Source: Corallochytrium limacisporum Hawaii
Lineage: Eukaryota; Protista; Pluriformea
Direction of reading: 5' to 3'
Length of the DNA stretch: 64,000 nt
Assembly (NCBI GenBank): GCA_002811645.1
Contig: PDIP01000003.1
Location: 628,026-692,025 of the forward strand
Both the position numbers and the translations under genes were made by a program. The notes beneath the pieces were generated by a model. It saw nothing but the letters and a program-made list of their open reading frames with translations. It had not been told where the DNA came from and did not search any database. Numbering within the stretch: the stretch's first letter is position 1; each line of letters starts with the position of its first letter. This document shows positions 11,078 through 21,882 of this stretch, piece after piece.

Positions 11078-13727
11078 TCTGTGTGATTATTGACTACGCC
11101 TCTTTTGACTAGACCAAAGTCAATAGTAGTAGGGGGCTCCAGATGAATTAGTTGCGCCGCAAAACTCTCTAAAATATGTGGCTTTCATGTTTTCAGCGAT
11201 TCGTGTAGTCGTTGTTTCCACGCGTTAAGAGAATCTGGGGCCGATGGGATGTTTTCAGCACACCGCTCTACGAGAGGGGTCGGCACAAGCCAGAAGTCAC
11301 ACTGCACCTCCCTCCCATACCCTTGTCCCCCCCCCCTTCCCTCCCCACGGGAGGAACCCAAAATGGCTGTAATTTTTCGGGGTCTTGCAGACCAGTGCTA
11401 TTTTTGTGCATACTTTGCGCCCACTGAATATGGGGGTCCTCGCCGAGGACTTACCTCTTCTACCCACCCATCTCACGAAGCACACCTGGCCAGGGCAGAT
11501 AGTTTTGTGATTAAAGGGTGCGTGCTCTGCCATTGCAATCGAGATGCTTCTGCAAAAAAACTTGGTCAGTTCCCCGCACGCAGCCAAGAAGTGGCAACTA
11601 CAAAGGTGACTGTAAGGGGCCCCGGAAACAGAACACCATACTGCACAGATCGATGAATTTCCGCGGGGACCCTCTTGTGCATAGTTGGGGCGGCCGTACG
11701 TAGCCTGGCAAAGGTCTAGCCGTGTCGGAAGAGCTGGTCTGCCCCAAAGGATGAGGGCAGGCCCAGGCAAAATGATCCACCCGCAGACTTGCTCTGCCCG
11801 GGAGGTGGTGTGTTCCAACTCTCACCGAGCCACAGTCCGAACCCATTGTTTACGCAGCTCAGCCGGCACGGAGAGGACTTCCCACGACCGGCCAGTAACG
11901 GTGGCCTGGGAAAATTTTCTTCAATTTCGCATTGTTCGCTGCCCCATCTCTCCACTCTCCTTCTCTCACATCTCTGTCTTTGGATTTTTGGGTTCTTCTG
12001 TTTTTTTCTTATTTTTTTTTTTGGGTACGTTCTTTCCTTTATTCTCGCCTTTACTCAAATTTCTACTGGTTTGGGGGTGAAGGTGGGGGGGTGCGTTACA
12101 CAATACAGTGAACAGAGAGAGGAGAAACCAATTCACGTTCCTCCGCGAAGTGACAATAGTGCGCGTAAGGACTCCGAAAATAATATACGGATAGTATTAA
12201 AAATAGACAGAATTGCATAAACTATCTACATCGATATCCAACAATGTAGTATTATTTGGTATTTGGTGTAACCAAAATCATGAATTCCGTATATAAATAT
12301 TCATGCCCCCATAGCAACGATCCACTGAGCAACCACGGTACAGCTACGTTCACTATATCGCAGGCCCTCCGGGGAGTCCCCAACCAGCCTGGGGAGGCTC
12401 GCTGTGATTGGTCCAACGAGCAAAGGGTACGAGGTTTCCGTAACAGATTGGAATGTGTTTGTTCGAGGAGGTATCTTCAATGATCCTGTGTAGGTGTATT
12501 TGGCTCTATCGGGCCACCCTTCTAGTATGCACTATTGCGACCAGCATAGGGACAGTGCTTCATGTTATCTTTCGGACGGATCCAGAATGATGACGATGCA
12601 ACCTGCACGACCCAATGCACCCGCCCTTCTCTTGAGGCCCCCACAAAGGAACATCATGCCGTAGAGTACCGTCCTCTACTAACGCACGAGGTAGAGGACA
12701 ATGGTAGCGCTTTAGTGCTTACTCCCGTCTGTGGCTCTGAGATGCATGCTGGGTTATATGGCTTGCCGGCAGTACTGGGCGACAGATTATGCCGGTCATT
12801 GCAGCGCGGTTGTCTCTCTGACCGGCATGCTTGGAAACGAACCATAGCGGAGGTATGGAGCCCGGCCATACAATTGTTGCCGCCGAAATTGCGGTGCCTC
12901 GATTCCATACAGTTTGCATAGCAATGCTCGCCAACCGCTCGTTTTCCTTCCAAGAAAGGGTCGACAATGATTTCCGCTGTCTTCTGTCGGTCCAAAGAAC
13001 CGTCTATTAAACGTCAAACTGGCACCGATGAACATGGTCAAGCATACATAGGTGAACACCTATCATAGATAATCAATGAACAGAAATAGAAGGAAACGGG
13101 ACCGGAAGGGAAGGCAGTTGATCGAAAAGGAAGAATGATTGTGGGTGCCGGTCGTTCAGCGTAAGGTTCGCCGCCCTCCCCGCGGTGGTTCGGCCCTCCT
13201 TCCTTGTGTTCCAAAACTTAAAAAGTATACAATATATTTGGCATAGATCTCAAGCGGCCGATGGGGCGAAACCCGCCACCGGTGAGTCCTACCGGATGTG
13301 CTTTGGACCCGTACTGGGCCACGTCAGACTGAGCATATCTTGCGATGCGCATGAGAAGAGTAGTTTCTGCTGTACTTCTTGTCTCCATGATCTATCTATT
13401 GTTTTCTAGGCTTCAGAGGCTGCACATTCCTTTCTGCCTTTCCCGCAGTTCGCGAAACATTTTCTCCAACCTTCTCTAAGCTCAAGGGAAGTGGAAGGTA
13501 TTCAAATCATTGGTGTAAGTCTTGGACTTAGTACAAGAACTCACCCATTCAGATACGCGAAAAGAGCAACATACACACTACGGACCATTTTCAGGCACAC
13601 AATCTGAATACGACACATACCGAATCCTTATAAAGAATGTGAAGACCCGGGGAAAGCGTAGAGAATATCCTCACGGAAGAAGTCAGGTTAGAGTAGCGTT
13701 GGATCAGTACACGCCCGCACAGTCAAA

Positions 13728-16106
13728 ATGACCACTGATGGACCGGACCAGGGAAGCGCTGGTCTGCGTCGCATCACCACCCAGGTGCGCCGCCGCATTG
13801 AAGAACTCCAGTCCCATAATACGAAATCATCAACTACCAAACATGTTATGGAAGAACCGCCAAACCACGTCTCGGTGAGTCGGCTTCGGAGAGTGTTCAT
13901 GGGAGAGGCTGTGGACTCGGAGCCTCATGAAAACGAAGACAACTTGCATGGCCAAGGAAGTTCAATGGATGACATCCACCGCGCAGAAAAATCTCACAAG
14001 CGGATGGAAAGCGCATCTTTTCCTCGGTCAATAAGCATGCGGGAACGTCCAACAAGGTCGCTATCTTGTGATTGGGAAGAGATGGATGTCTTGCCAGAAT
14101 ACAGCGATCGGTTGCTGACCCAGAAACAGAATGGTACTAAGATGAAGTCCGAAAATTCATTAGCAACAAAGCCGCAAGGGCGACATCTCCGGATAACCAC
14201 TTCCTCGACCATCTGCGGCGACAGTCAGACCACGGTGGGTGCCTCTTCAGACGCTATGGTTCGGACCTTGGGGAATAGTTCATCAGCCTCGGCCCTGCGC
14301 AAGAGCCAGAGATTCATTCAGAGCTTAGATATGGCCAAATCAGCAAAGGAGGGCGCAGAATTCCACCGTCGTCTGACGCTCCAAGGGTTCAATGACATTG
14401 AACTGGATCTCCAGAGCAGCATGAATTTCCTAAACGCGATCGGAAGCCCTCAAGCCAGCCAAGACAAGATTGCAGATGCAGCAGCTGCCGCAGCCAGTGA
14501 ACAGGACAGCAACGGTGAGCATCCAGTTGCCCACGCGACCGTGCGTCGCATGCCCCGCAGTTTCTCAGGCGTTGGTCGGGACGATGAAGGCTTCTTAATG
14601 GTGGAGGCTGACAACATCCTCCAGTCCACAATAGCGGAGGATACCGTAAACGACGAGCTCTTTGAGGATCAGGATGGACGAGGATTGACTGTTACTACTG
14701 CGGTGGGTCTCAGAGAAAGCACAGGATCTCTGCGGCAGCACTCCTTGACCAACTCCGCTCCTTCGGTGCTAAGTTCGACGCCCTCGTTGAATCCCGACAA
14801 TCTGGCCAGCTCCATCGCATCAGCAGTGGGATCGGCCATCTTTGATGTCATGTCACAGAGTGCAGTTGACTCTGGGGAAGACACGAAGTTGGAACTAGAT
14901 CAGTTCGTGGTCTTGGGGGATAGGTATACATCGGACGAAGCACGGGCAACAGTGGCCCCCCAGGTCAATGACCCGGCACATAATCTGATGTCGATCGAGA
15001 CAAGGCAGAGACTGCATATTTCTTTGGATGAATGTAGACTTGACCCAGAGTTCACATATCCAATGTACTCGACACTAATCGCCCCGCATCCGCACCAGGT
15101 CTGCTTCGTGGTGGACGAGAACTTGGGCTACTGCGCAGTCTCTGTGCGAAAAGAAAAGCTGCCTGACAAATCAACTCGTTATCGTGTATTGATCATGCCA
15201 TCTAAGGGTTCACAGGTGCGCAAGATTGTCAGAGACAATCAGTGCCATGTCTCGTCCATCCTTCGTACGAAACCGTCTTTCCGGGACGTCCTACAGGCGG
15301 CTTACACGTTCCGTCCCATTACCAAGTTCCGCACACCGAGCACAAAACAGAAGGAGCAGGTCAAAAAGGCGCTGATTGAAGCAGAAAAGAAGATGAACAT
15401 GGACAAGTACAATATTGGGGTCATCTACGTCCGTCCGGGCCAGAAACAGGAAGGAGAATACTTCAACAACGAAGATGGCAGTCCGGCATTCAATAACTTT
15501 GTTGAACTACTCGGCGAGAAGATTCGCCTACAGGGGTTCAAGGGCCACCGCGGCGGCCTGGACACTCACAGCAACACCACCGGTACCCACAGCGTGGCCA
15601 CCATCTTTAGTGGTGTGGAGATCATGTTTCACGTCTCCACATTGCTGCCATACGTCCAAGGAGATCCGCAGCAGGTTCGCCGCAAAGCCTTCATTGGCAA
15701 CGACATTTCTCAAATTGTCTTTGTTGAATGCGACGAGGGCACAGACCGAGTTACAACTTCTAAATTTGACCCGGAATCCCTGACTGCGCAGTTTCCACAC
15801 GTGTTCTTGGTTGTGCACATGCTGAAGAAGGACCCTCCGGTCTACGCACTCCATGAGGTGCATCGTAAGGAACTCCAGCCATACCCACCGATGGTCTCCC
15901 GTAACGTGTGGACTCATGACACTACTTTCCGCGACGTCCTGCTGACCAAGGCGATTAACGGCCAGCACGCAGCCTATCGCAATGGCAAGCTTAGCATCGT
16001 GCGTCAAAGCCTGTGCCGCGGTCTACTCAAGTCTGTCTGCGATGATTTCGTCCCGGAGATTGAATCCGACCTGACGAAATCTAAGGTGGCCACCCGCAAG
16101 AGGTAA
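13728..16106 (+). CDS. Rap/Ran-GAP domain protein (Rap1GAP/GARNL3-like)
   Basis: KYNIGVIYV..GQ, FKGHRGGLD, TGTHSV, EIMFHVSTLLPY, RKAFIGNDI; long disordered N-terminus. Confidence 0.92.
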   Translation: MTTDGPDQGSAGLRRITTQVRRRIEELQSHNTKSSTTKHVMEEPPNHVSVSRLRRVFMGEAVDSEPHENEDNLHGQGSSMDDIHRAEKSHKRMESASFPRSISMRERPTRSLSCDWEEMDVLPEYSDRLLTQKQNGTKMKSENSLATKPQGRHLRITTSSTICGDSQTTVGASSDAMVRTLGNSSSASALRKSQRFIQSLDMAKSAKEGAEFHRRLTLQGFNDIELDLQSSMNFLNAIGSPQASQDKIADAAAAAASEQDSNGEHPVAHATVRRMPRSFSGVGRDDEGFLMVEADNILQSTIAEDTVNDELFEDQDGRGLTVTTAVGLRESTGSLRQHSLTNSAPSVLSSTPSLNPDNLASSIASAVGSAIFDVMSQSAVDSGEDTKLELDQFVVLGDRYTSDEARATVAPQVNDPAHNLMSIETRQRLHISLDECRLDPEFTYPMYSTLIAPHPHQVCFVVDENLGYCAVSVRKEKLPDKSTRYRVLIMPSKGSQVRKIVRDNQCHVSSILRTKPSFRDVLQAAYTFRPITKFRTPSTKQKEQVKKALIEAEKKMNMDKYNIGVIYVRPGQKQEGEYFNNEDGSPAFNNFVELLGEKIRLQGFKGHRGGLDTHSNTTGTHSVATIFSGVEIMFHVSTLLPYVQGDPQQVRRKAFIGNDISQIVFVECDEGTDRVTTSKFDPESLTAQFPHVFLVVHMLKKDPPVYALHEVHRKELQPYPPMVSRNVWTHDTTFRDVLLTKAINGQHAAYRNGKLSIVRQSLCRGLLKSVCDDFVPEIESDLTKSKVATRKR

Positions 16107-16394
16107 CCCCCATATGTGATTCATGTGAATACAGAATATAAGACCAGGAATATGTACTATATCTCATCGTAGTCGCCGACCTGTTGCTCCCTGAATGACA
16201 GATGCCGCTAGAGTTCCAGACAGTTAATACAGGTCCCGGGGTCAACCATGCGCCTGCATTAGGCAGATACACCAGACTGGATCGCATACAGAGAAGCATA
16301 TCCAGTCCAAGGTAGCACCTGGATAGTATCAGTCTCTTTGCTACAGACTTGTTAATGCCAACATTGTCTGCTGATTCGGTTCGGAGGCACTGAT

Positions 16395-16432
16395 CCCCCC
16401 CCCCCCCGGGGGGGGGGGGGAGGGGGGAGGGG
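16395..16432. repeat. C13G13 perfect palindrome plus extra G-tracts (G-quadruplex-capable)
   Basis: C13 G13 A G6 A G4, between the convergent RapGAP and ING genes. Confidence 0.9.
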
Positions 16433-16803
16433 CATTGTCAGACACGCACACCCTGTGAGACCCAATGCACCAGTGAAGAATCAGAAAAGTCGACCAACGG
16501 GAGTGTGTGGGGTCAGTTCTAGTCCAACAAGACACACGAATCAGAGAAATCCATGGATGACGGCGGGAGGAAATTCAATATTGAAAGTATTGAGCGGATG
16601 AGGATCAGGCCATCACCATTCAGTTATACTAGGATTGTACCCCTTGCCCCAAATTCACTATTCAAAACTAAATCAGTGCGAATGATCCCGAATTTATCGG
16701 AATAATTGCTAAACTGCGCATGTATGGAAATATGTATGTATGGATGGTCTGCTGGACCGCGGATCATCTCTGAGAGGAAACATGATTTGATGAATGAAAG
16801 TCT

Positions 16804-17658
16804 CTAGCGACACTGTGGGCAATACCACTTACCCTTTGGTGCCTCTGTCAATCCAACACAGCCGTAGTGGAACCATTCGATGGGACAGTCGGGGTTATCA
16901 CATCCAACCATGTCACCATATGACACTTGGTTGCACAGGCAGTACTTGGGTTCGTTTGGATCCAGTCCACCAGCAGGTTCTGGAATGCCTGTTGTACCCA
17001 TATCGAGTCCAGCCAGAACTGTGCCGACTAGTCCCAAAGAAGTGTCACGCAGGCCTGCACCGAGCCCTGCAGCAGATACACCACTGGCTGCCGAAATGCT
17101 CTGTTTCTTTTGCTTCTTGCGCGCCGGTCCATCAGCTTTCTTCGTTTCTTTTCGACTAGAGACGCTGTCCTTTCGGCTACGCGAGGTCAGGCCGGATACT
17201 TCACTTGAAGTCTCTGCATAGTCAGTCACGGACTTACGAGATGTCAACTGCTCCACACTGGCGTGCTTCTGTCCGGCTTTGTTCGCTTTCTCCACCAGCG
17301 TATTCGTTATACCAGGGTTCTCGGCCTCGAGCTCATTTGTAAACTTCTTAACTTCATTGTCTAGTCGCTTGCTATGCCTTTCTATGATCTCATGCACTTG
17401 ATCAAGGACGGACAGCTTCTTTTGATGCACTTGTTGAGCCTTAGCAAATGATGTTCTGATCCTGTGACACTTTGCTGCCCTTTGCTCACCATTCATGGTT
17501 TGGCCCGACAAGAAATATCTCTTCACTTCCCTTTCCGCAAGCTCTTCTTCACGGGCTGCTTTTTCGTCGGCGTCCCCCATGCGTTTTAGATTAGCACCAA
17601 TGAATTCACTGAGACCCTCAATGGACTCAACAAAGTCCTCAAGATAGTACATTGCCAT
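16804..17658 (-). CDS. ING3: Inhibitor of growth protein, ING3-like (PHD finger)
   Basis: N-terminal [19 protein letters not shown] (ING3-type) and C-terminal [41 protein letters not shown]...WYCPQC. Confidence 0.85.
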   Translation of the reverse strand: MAMYYLEDFVESIEGLSEFIGANLKRMGDADEKAAREEELAEREVKRYFLSGQTMNGEQRAAKCHRIRTSFAKAQQVHQKKLSVLDQVHEIIERHSKRLDNEVKKFTNELEAENPGITNTLVEKANKAGQKHASVEQLTSRKSVTDYAETSSEVSGLTSRSRKDSVSSRKETKKADGPARKKQKKQSISAASGVSAAGLGAGLRDTSLGLVGTVLAGLDMGTTGIPEPAGGLDPNEPKYCLCNQVSYGDMVGCDNPDCPIEWFHYGCVGLTEAPKGKWYCPQCR

Positions 17659-18545
17659 GGTTCTATTTTTCTAAACTGAGGCCTGTTATCTATAATTCTA
17701 CATTCTGTTCGTGATAGATGGGATTGTCGCAGCAATGTGCTTGTCTTTGCGCAATTCAAATAGTGTTGTTGCTTCGAAATACCACAGTCATTTCTATGTG
17801 CGGTACCATGTTTCTCTGCGCGCGCCCATCTGCCTCTGCTGTGATCATTTCCCAGTGTTTTACAATCCTATCCGTATGTGAAATCACTGGCCACCTCCCA
17901 CCATTCTCCACAGTGAATGTGCTGCTGATATTTTGTGCCTCAAATGTTGTTCACTTCCCTGGGCCATTGTCGCCTACTGTGGGTACACCTGACGCAAAAC
18001 GTCGAGAAGACAGAACGAAAGAAAAAGGGATGAAACTATTCCCTGGTACGCTGAACCGGGGAGATTTGGAAGTAAAGACCGTCCCAACGATCTCACAGGA
18101 CTCAATGTCAATACCCCTTCCTGCCTCAGAGAGAGAGACTCTACCGATTGTGCGGACTACAGGTTGTTCGGAAATTCAAGAGCCCGAGGTACCATAGAGC
18201 ATCCATAGTGAAGCATCCACCGTTCAACTTGCGGAGTGAGTTTGGTCTATGTACCGTCCTTTCGCGAGGTAACCCGCTGACGGGAGGAATGGCGTTTGGT
18301 GTGAAAGAAGGGGATCGCCCTTCAATATACAAAACAAACTGAGTCATGAAAGCTATGAAAAGAGATAGGGGATCATTTGTAGACAATAACGGTGGTACAT
18401 TTTGTGTCACCATGAGCATGTACTCTGTGATATGGCTTACAGGAAAACCCGTTTAATTAATACAGAGGAGGCAAAATGTAAGGCGAAACAACACTTCTCA
18501 ATGCGGATCTGCATTGGCTTTGGTGAACATAGCTGACGACACAAC

Positions 18546-19775
18546 ATGGGTAATTCCTCTAGTAAGAATAAGACAGGGGTTCCTGTCAATGGGGACACAA
18601 GGTCTTCTGGTAAATCCACAAGGTCTTCCAAGAAAACCATCCTAAAACGACGAGGAAAAAGGAAGGGAAGGAATGAACATGCTCTCAACGGAGACCCACG
18701 GACTGTTGGCTCTGACCCGCGGCAGCAAGATGGCGAGATTCCCGAAGTTAATATTGAGGGATCAGGAGACTTGTCAGAACGCAGGTCCGTGGCTAGTGCA
18801 AAAGACAACAGAGACGAAAATGATGCCCTACAACACATTAGTGAGCGACAGACCGAAGTACCGGATGAAAAACACATTCGTTTCGGCAATCACAACAGAT
18901 ATGTTAAATCTCTCAATAGCTTAGAACAAGCGGGTGTCAACGACAAAGTGGGGCGCACACGAAGTAATTCTTCGAACAGTAACAATGCACTGCGACGGAG
19001 AAATAGTTGTACCACAATCTATCTTAGCGCGAGCGTGGCCGCACCAGGGCTGGAGCGTACGCTCGAGTGCGTATCGCAGGCTCTTGAATTGGACGGCAGT
19101 GACAATTTCACTAAGAGAGATTTGCGTAAGAGTGGCATGGATGCCATCAGTCCACGGGCACGGACCCTGTGGAGTGTTTTTAGCGAGGAAGACCATCCGA
19201 GCAGTTTCGGAGAACTGGACGTCAGTGAGTACTGGGAAGTACCCTCCGCTGGCAGAATCTTCCATTTCTTAAACTCTCTGTTTGAGGCAGCCGCTCTGAC
19301 TGCTGAGGCTGCCATCATCACACTGATCTACGTGGAGCGGCTGATGAACTCGACAGGCATAGTGTTCACCGGACTCTACTGGCGGCGGATCACACTCGGA
19401 GCCGTTCTCCTGGCCTCCAAGGTATGGGACGACCAAGCCGTCTGGAACGTGGACTTCTGTTCCATTCTGCCGGACATGGCAGTAGAAGACATGAACCAAC
19501 TCGAACGGCGATATTTGGAGGCAATTGGTTTCAATGTGAGTGTGGCAGCTGGTATCTACGCGCGCTACTTCTTTGAGCTCCAGGACATCGTCAACGAGAA
19601 CGACGGCCTGCCCACGACCCAGCTGAATATGGAGCGGGCAATCGAACTAGAGGCTCTGACCCGCAAGACCGAATCGCTAGTGTCCAAGACAAAGAAAGGC
19701 AATCCTAGAACACGGAAGAGACCAAAGAGTCAGGATCAGTACCAGAGAAAACCTGAACCAGCATATGTCATGTAA
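18546..19775 (+). CDS. CCNY: Cyclin Y-like protein
   Basis: MGN myristoylation start, NSCTTI, LTAEAAIITLIYVERL, LLASKVWDDQAVWNVDFC. Confidence 0.9.
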   Translation: MGNSSSKNKTGVPVNGDTRSSGKSTRSSKKTILKRRGKRKGRNEHALNGDPRTVGSDPRQQDGEIPEVNIEGSGDLSERRSVASAKDNRDENDALQHISERQTEVPDEKHIRFGNHNRYVKSLNSLEQAGVNDKVGRTRSNSSNSNNALRRRNSCTTIYLSASVAAPGLERTLECVSQALELDGSDNFTKRDLRKSGMDAISPRARTLWSVFSEEDHPSSFGELDVSEYWEVPSAGRIFHFLNSLFEAAALTAEAAIITLIYVERLMNSTGIVFTGLYWRRITLGAVLLASKVWDDQAVWNVDFCSILPDMAVEDMNQLERRYLEAIGFNVSVAAGIYARYFFELQDIVNENDGLPTTQLNMERAIELEALTRKTESLVSKTKKGNPRTRKRPKSQDQYQRKPEPAYVM

Positions 19776-19897
19776 AAAGTTGCCCAACATTACTGTGACC
19801 AGGCGAGTTTGATTGTTTATGACACTAACTAGTATTACCTTTATATATGTATATTGATTACTTACGAAGTTTCCTTTTTTGTAAATTTCAAGTGGAT

Positions 19898-20344
19898 CTA
19901 GTAGTGACCCAATTTCACCTGAGGTTCTGGCCGTGGGTCAGCTACTTCACGTTTTGCCGCAGGGTTACGCCACGCAGGGTTAGTGAAACCCATGACCTGA
20001 TAGGTAACAAACAAGAACCCAAATCCGTAGCCCAGCCATTTCAGAGCCTCATAAGGATTAGCATGCTCCTCGAGGTAGTCCACGAAGAAAATACTATATT
20101 CTTCTTCCATTTCAGGGACGGGATCCTCAATATTACGACGTTCCTGCATGTCGTCATACTGCAGATAGGCCTTCTCTGCCTGCTGATGGACACCCGCCGC
20201 GTTGTACCCTCCCAGGTCCACTTGAGAGTCCGACTTAACTTCCTGTCTCATAACAGCAGTCGAGTGCATGAACCGAACACGAGTCATGGCACAGACAGAG
20301 CGGAGGCTAGACGGCCGCATTGCCCGAGTCAAAAACGACGACAT
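19898..20344 (-). CDS. Small mitochondrial membrane protein, NDUFB8 (complex I ASHI)-like
   Basis: Presequence MSSFLTRAMRPSSLRS...; YEALKWLGYGFGFL TM followed by P..RNPAAKRE, resembling NDUFB8 homologues. Confidence 0.55.
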   Translation of the reverse strand: MSSFLTRAMRPSSLRSVCAMTRVRFMHSTAVMRQEVKSDSQVDLGGYNAAGVHQQAEKAYLQYDDMQERRNIEDPVPEMEEEYSIFFVDYLEEHANPYEALKWLGYGFGFLFVTYQVMGFTNPAWRNPAAKREVADPRPEPQVKLGHY

Positions 20345-21115
20345 TCTTTTAATAACTAATTTACACGCTTTCGTTTCCCCTGCTGTGTTGTTACACGGAT
20401 TTGAAACCAATAGGCTTGAGAAGAATTTCCTGGGTTGTTTTGAACGTGAAGACATCTAGGTTCTAATGTAGCTGAATGTATTCAGCATAATGTCATGCAA
20501 AATTTTCGCCAAAGGAAGTGCGTAACCACAACCCGTGGTCAGTGCTACGTGCGGACAACCAGTAGCTTGTATATATTCCAACCCCGCCTGGCTTTCGAGC
20601 ACACACACACAGCGCCCTCGTTTTTTCACTGAAGAGCCCCCCTCGCGCCTACTCACCAGCAGGAGCCACCCGAGCCCTACTCTCTGTCTGTGCATGCCCT
20701 CCCTGTCAATCAGTAAACAAAACAACGGGTTTGAACTTCACCGAAAGCGACACCTCTGGTCTCCTGGTCCATATAACCAGTGAACTGGCCGGAATGACCG
20801 CAGTGGAAATCCAGAGGGCTCTTATAGTGAATGTATGAAATCTGTAGTATGCGCAGTGATAGTACATAGGAACCGATCCTTTTGTCCACCGTCGGGGTCG
20901 GGTTGGTAGTGTGTCAATTGATTTCTTTAATGTACAGTTGCAATTTGATTCTTCGTCAAGCAGAAGAATTTTGGTGTGAGCGGCAGAGGGCCGACCGGAA
21001 ATCTGCGCACTCAGCGATCGTGCCCTGCGGGCGGGCATGTTGGGGACTGCAACTGCGATTGCTGCTCGCAAGGCCCCTGGGACAAGAAAGACCAGGTACG
21101 CACGTACAGTGCCAA

Positions 21116-21865
21116 CTTGTCGGCCGCAATGTGCGCTCCAGTCCAGTCGCCCACTGGTGGATCTTGGATGAAGTGGTCGCAGCGCTTGATGAAGGTCTGG
21201 CTAACCCGATCACCTGGGTGTAGTTCCATACAGTACGTGAATGACTTCTTGGCGGACTGAAAGTCACCATTCCTGTAAAGAGCGCTTCCTTCCTTCAAAT
21301 AGCGAACGACCTCAAGACGATTTGGGAACTGCTCTTCCGTGTAATGGTCGAGCACTTCATAAATACCTACTGCATAAGACTTGCCCTTGACCTGCAGGTC
21401 GTCGACTTTACGGATCACATACGCCTCATTCAACGCCTCCATCGTAGCTTCGGAAATCAGCAACTCGGCACCGTACTGCTCTCAATGATGACGTCCGCAA
21501 CATCCTTGGATACATAGCGGGCCATGGTGGCTCTGAAGCGAGTCTCACGACTAAGATCCTCAAGGAGATAAATGGAACCAACACGCTCCTGCGCGTGTGT
21601 TTCTAACGGTACACCGATGAGGTTGCAGGAGATTTTTTGGTTCCGGACGATGAAATCGACATCCATGGCGCTGTCCTCCTCACCGTCCCTCTGCACTTTG
21701 TAGAGTACCTGGTTAACTTCAGCGCTGCAGTCAATGGAGATGAAGAACTCACCGAGGGTTGTGCCCTGGAAAGAGTGGGGTTCTCAATGCTGAATAATTC
21801 CTGGAAACGACGATTGGTCTTCACTACGCGTCCGTCTGTGTCAACGGAGACCACTGCGTTGGTGA
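21116..21865 (-). pseudogene. Truncated bacterial-type (CyaB-like) PAS-adenylyl/guanylyl cyclase-TPR gene fragment
   Basis: PAS start ITNAVVSVDTDGRVVKTN; frameshift near 21775; LLEDLSRETRFRATMARYVSKDVAD; jump at ~21476-21480 to QYGAELLISEAT...LQVKGKSYAVGIYEVL; TPR-like tail YRNGDFQSAK..F...PGD......IKRC...PP..DWTG. No start codon, and the catalytic core is missing. Confidence 0.85.
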
Positions 21866-21881
21866 TAGGGTTAGGGTTAGG
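21866..21881 (+). repeat. Interstitial telomeric repeat (TTAGGG)~2.7
   Basis: TAGGGTTAGGGTTAGG lies exactly between the stop codon of the zinc-finger gene and the 5' break of the cyclase fragment. Confidence 0.8.
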
Positions 21882-21882
21882 C

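Noticed and set aside
11700-11910. Possible cobalamin riboswitch upstream of MMUT (minus strand GCCAC..ACTG...GGGAAG and AGACCT..GCC)
   Set aside because: The elements are ~170 nt apart and the 5' AGGGAA/GGTGxAAxTCC core is absent; likely chance. cmsearch with the cobalamin models would settle it.
12562-13059. Short overlapping ORFs as a possible transposon or integrase remnant (LYGRAP)
   Set aside because: No further RT/integrase motifs, terminal repeats or target-site duplications.
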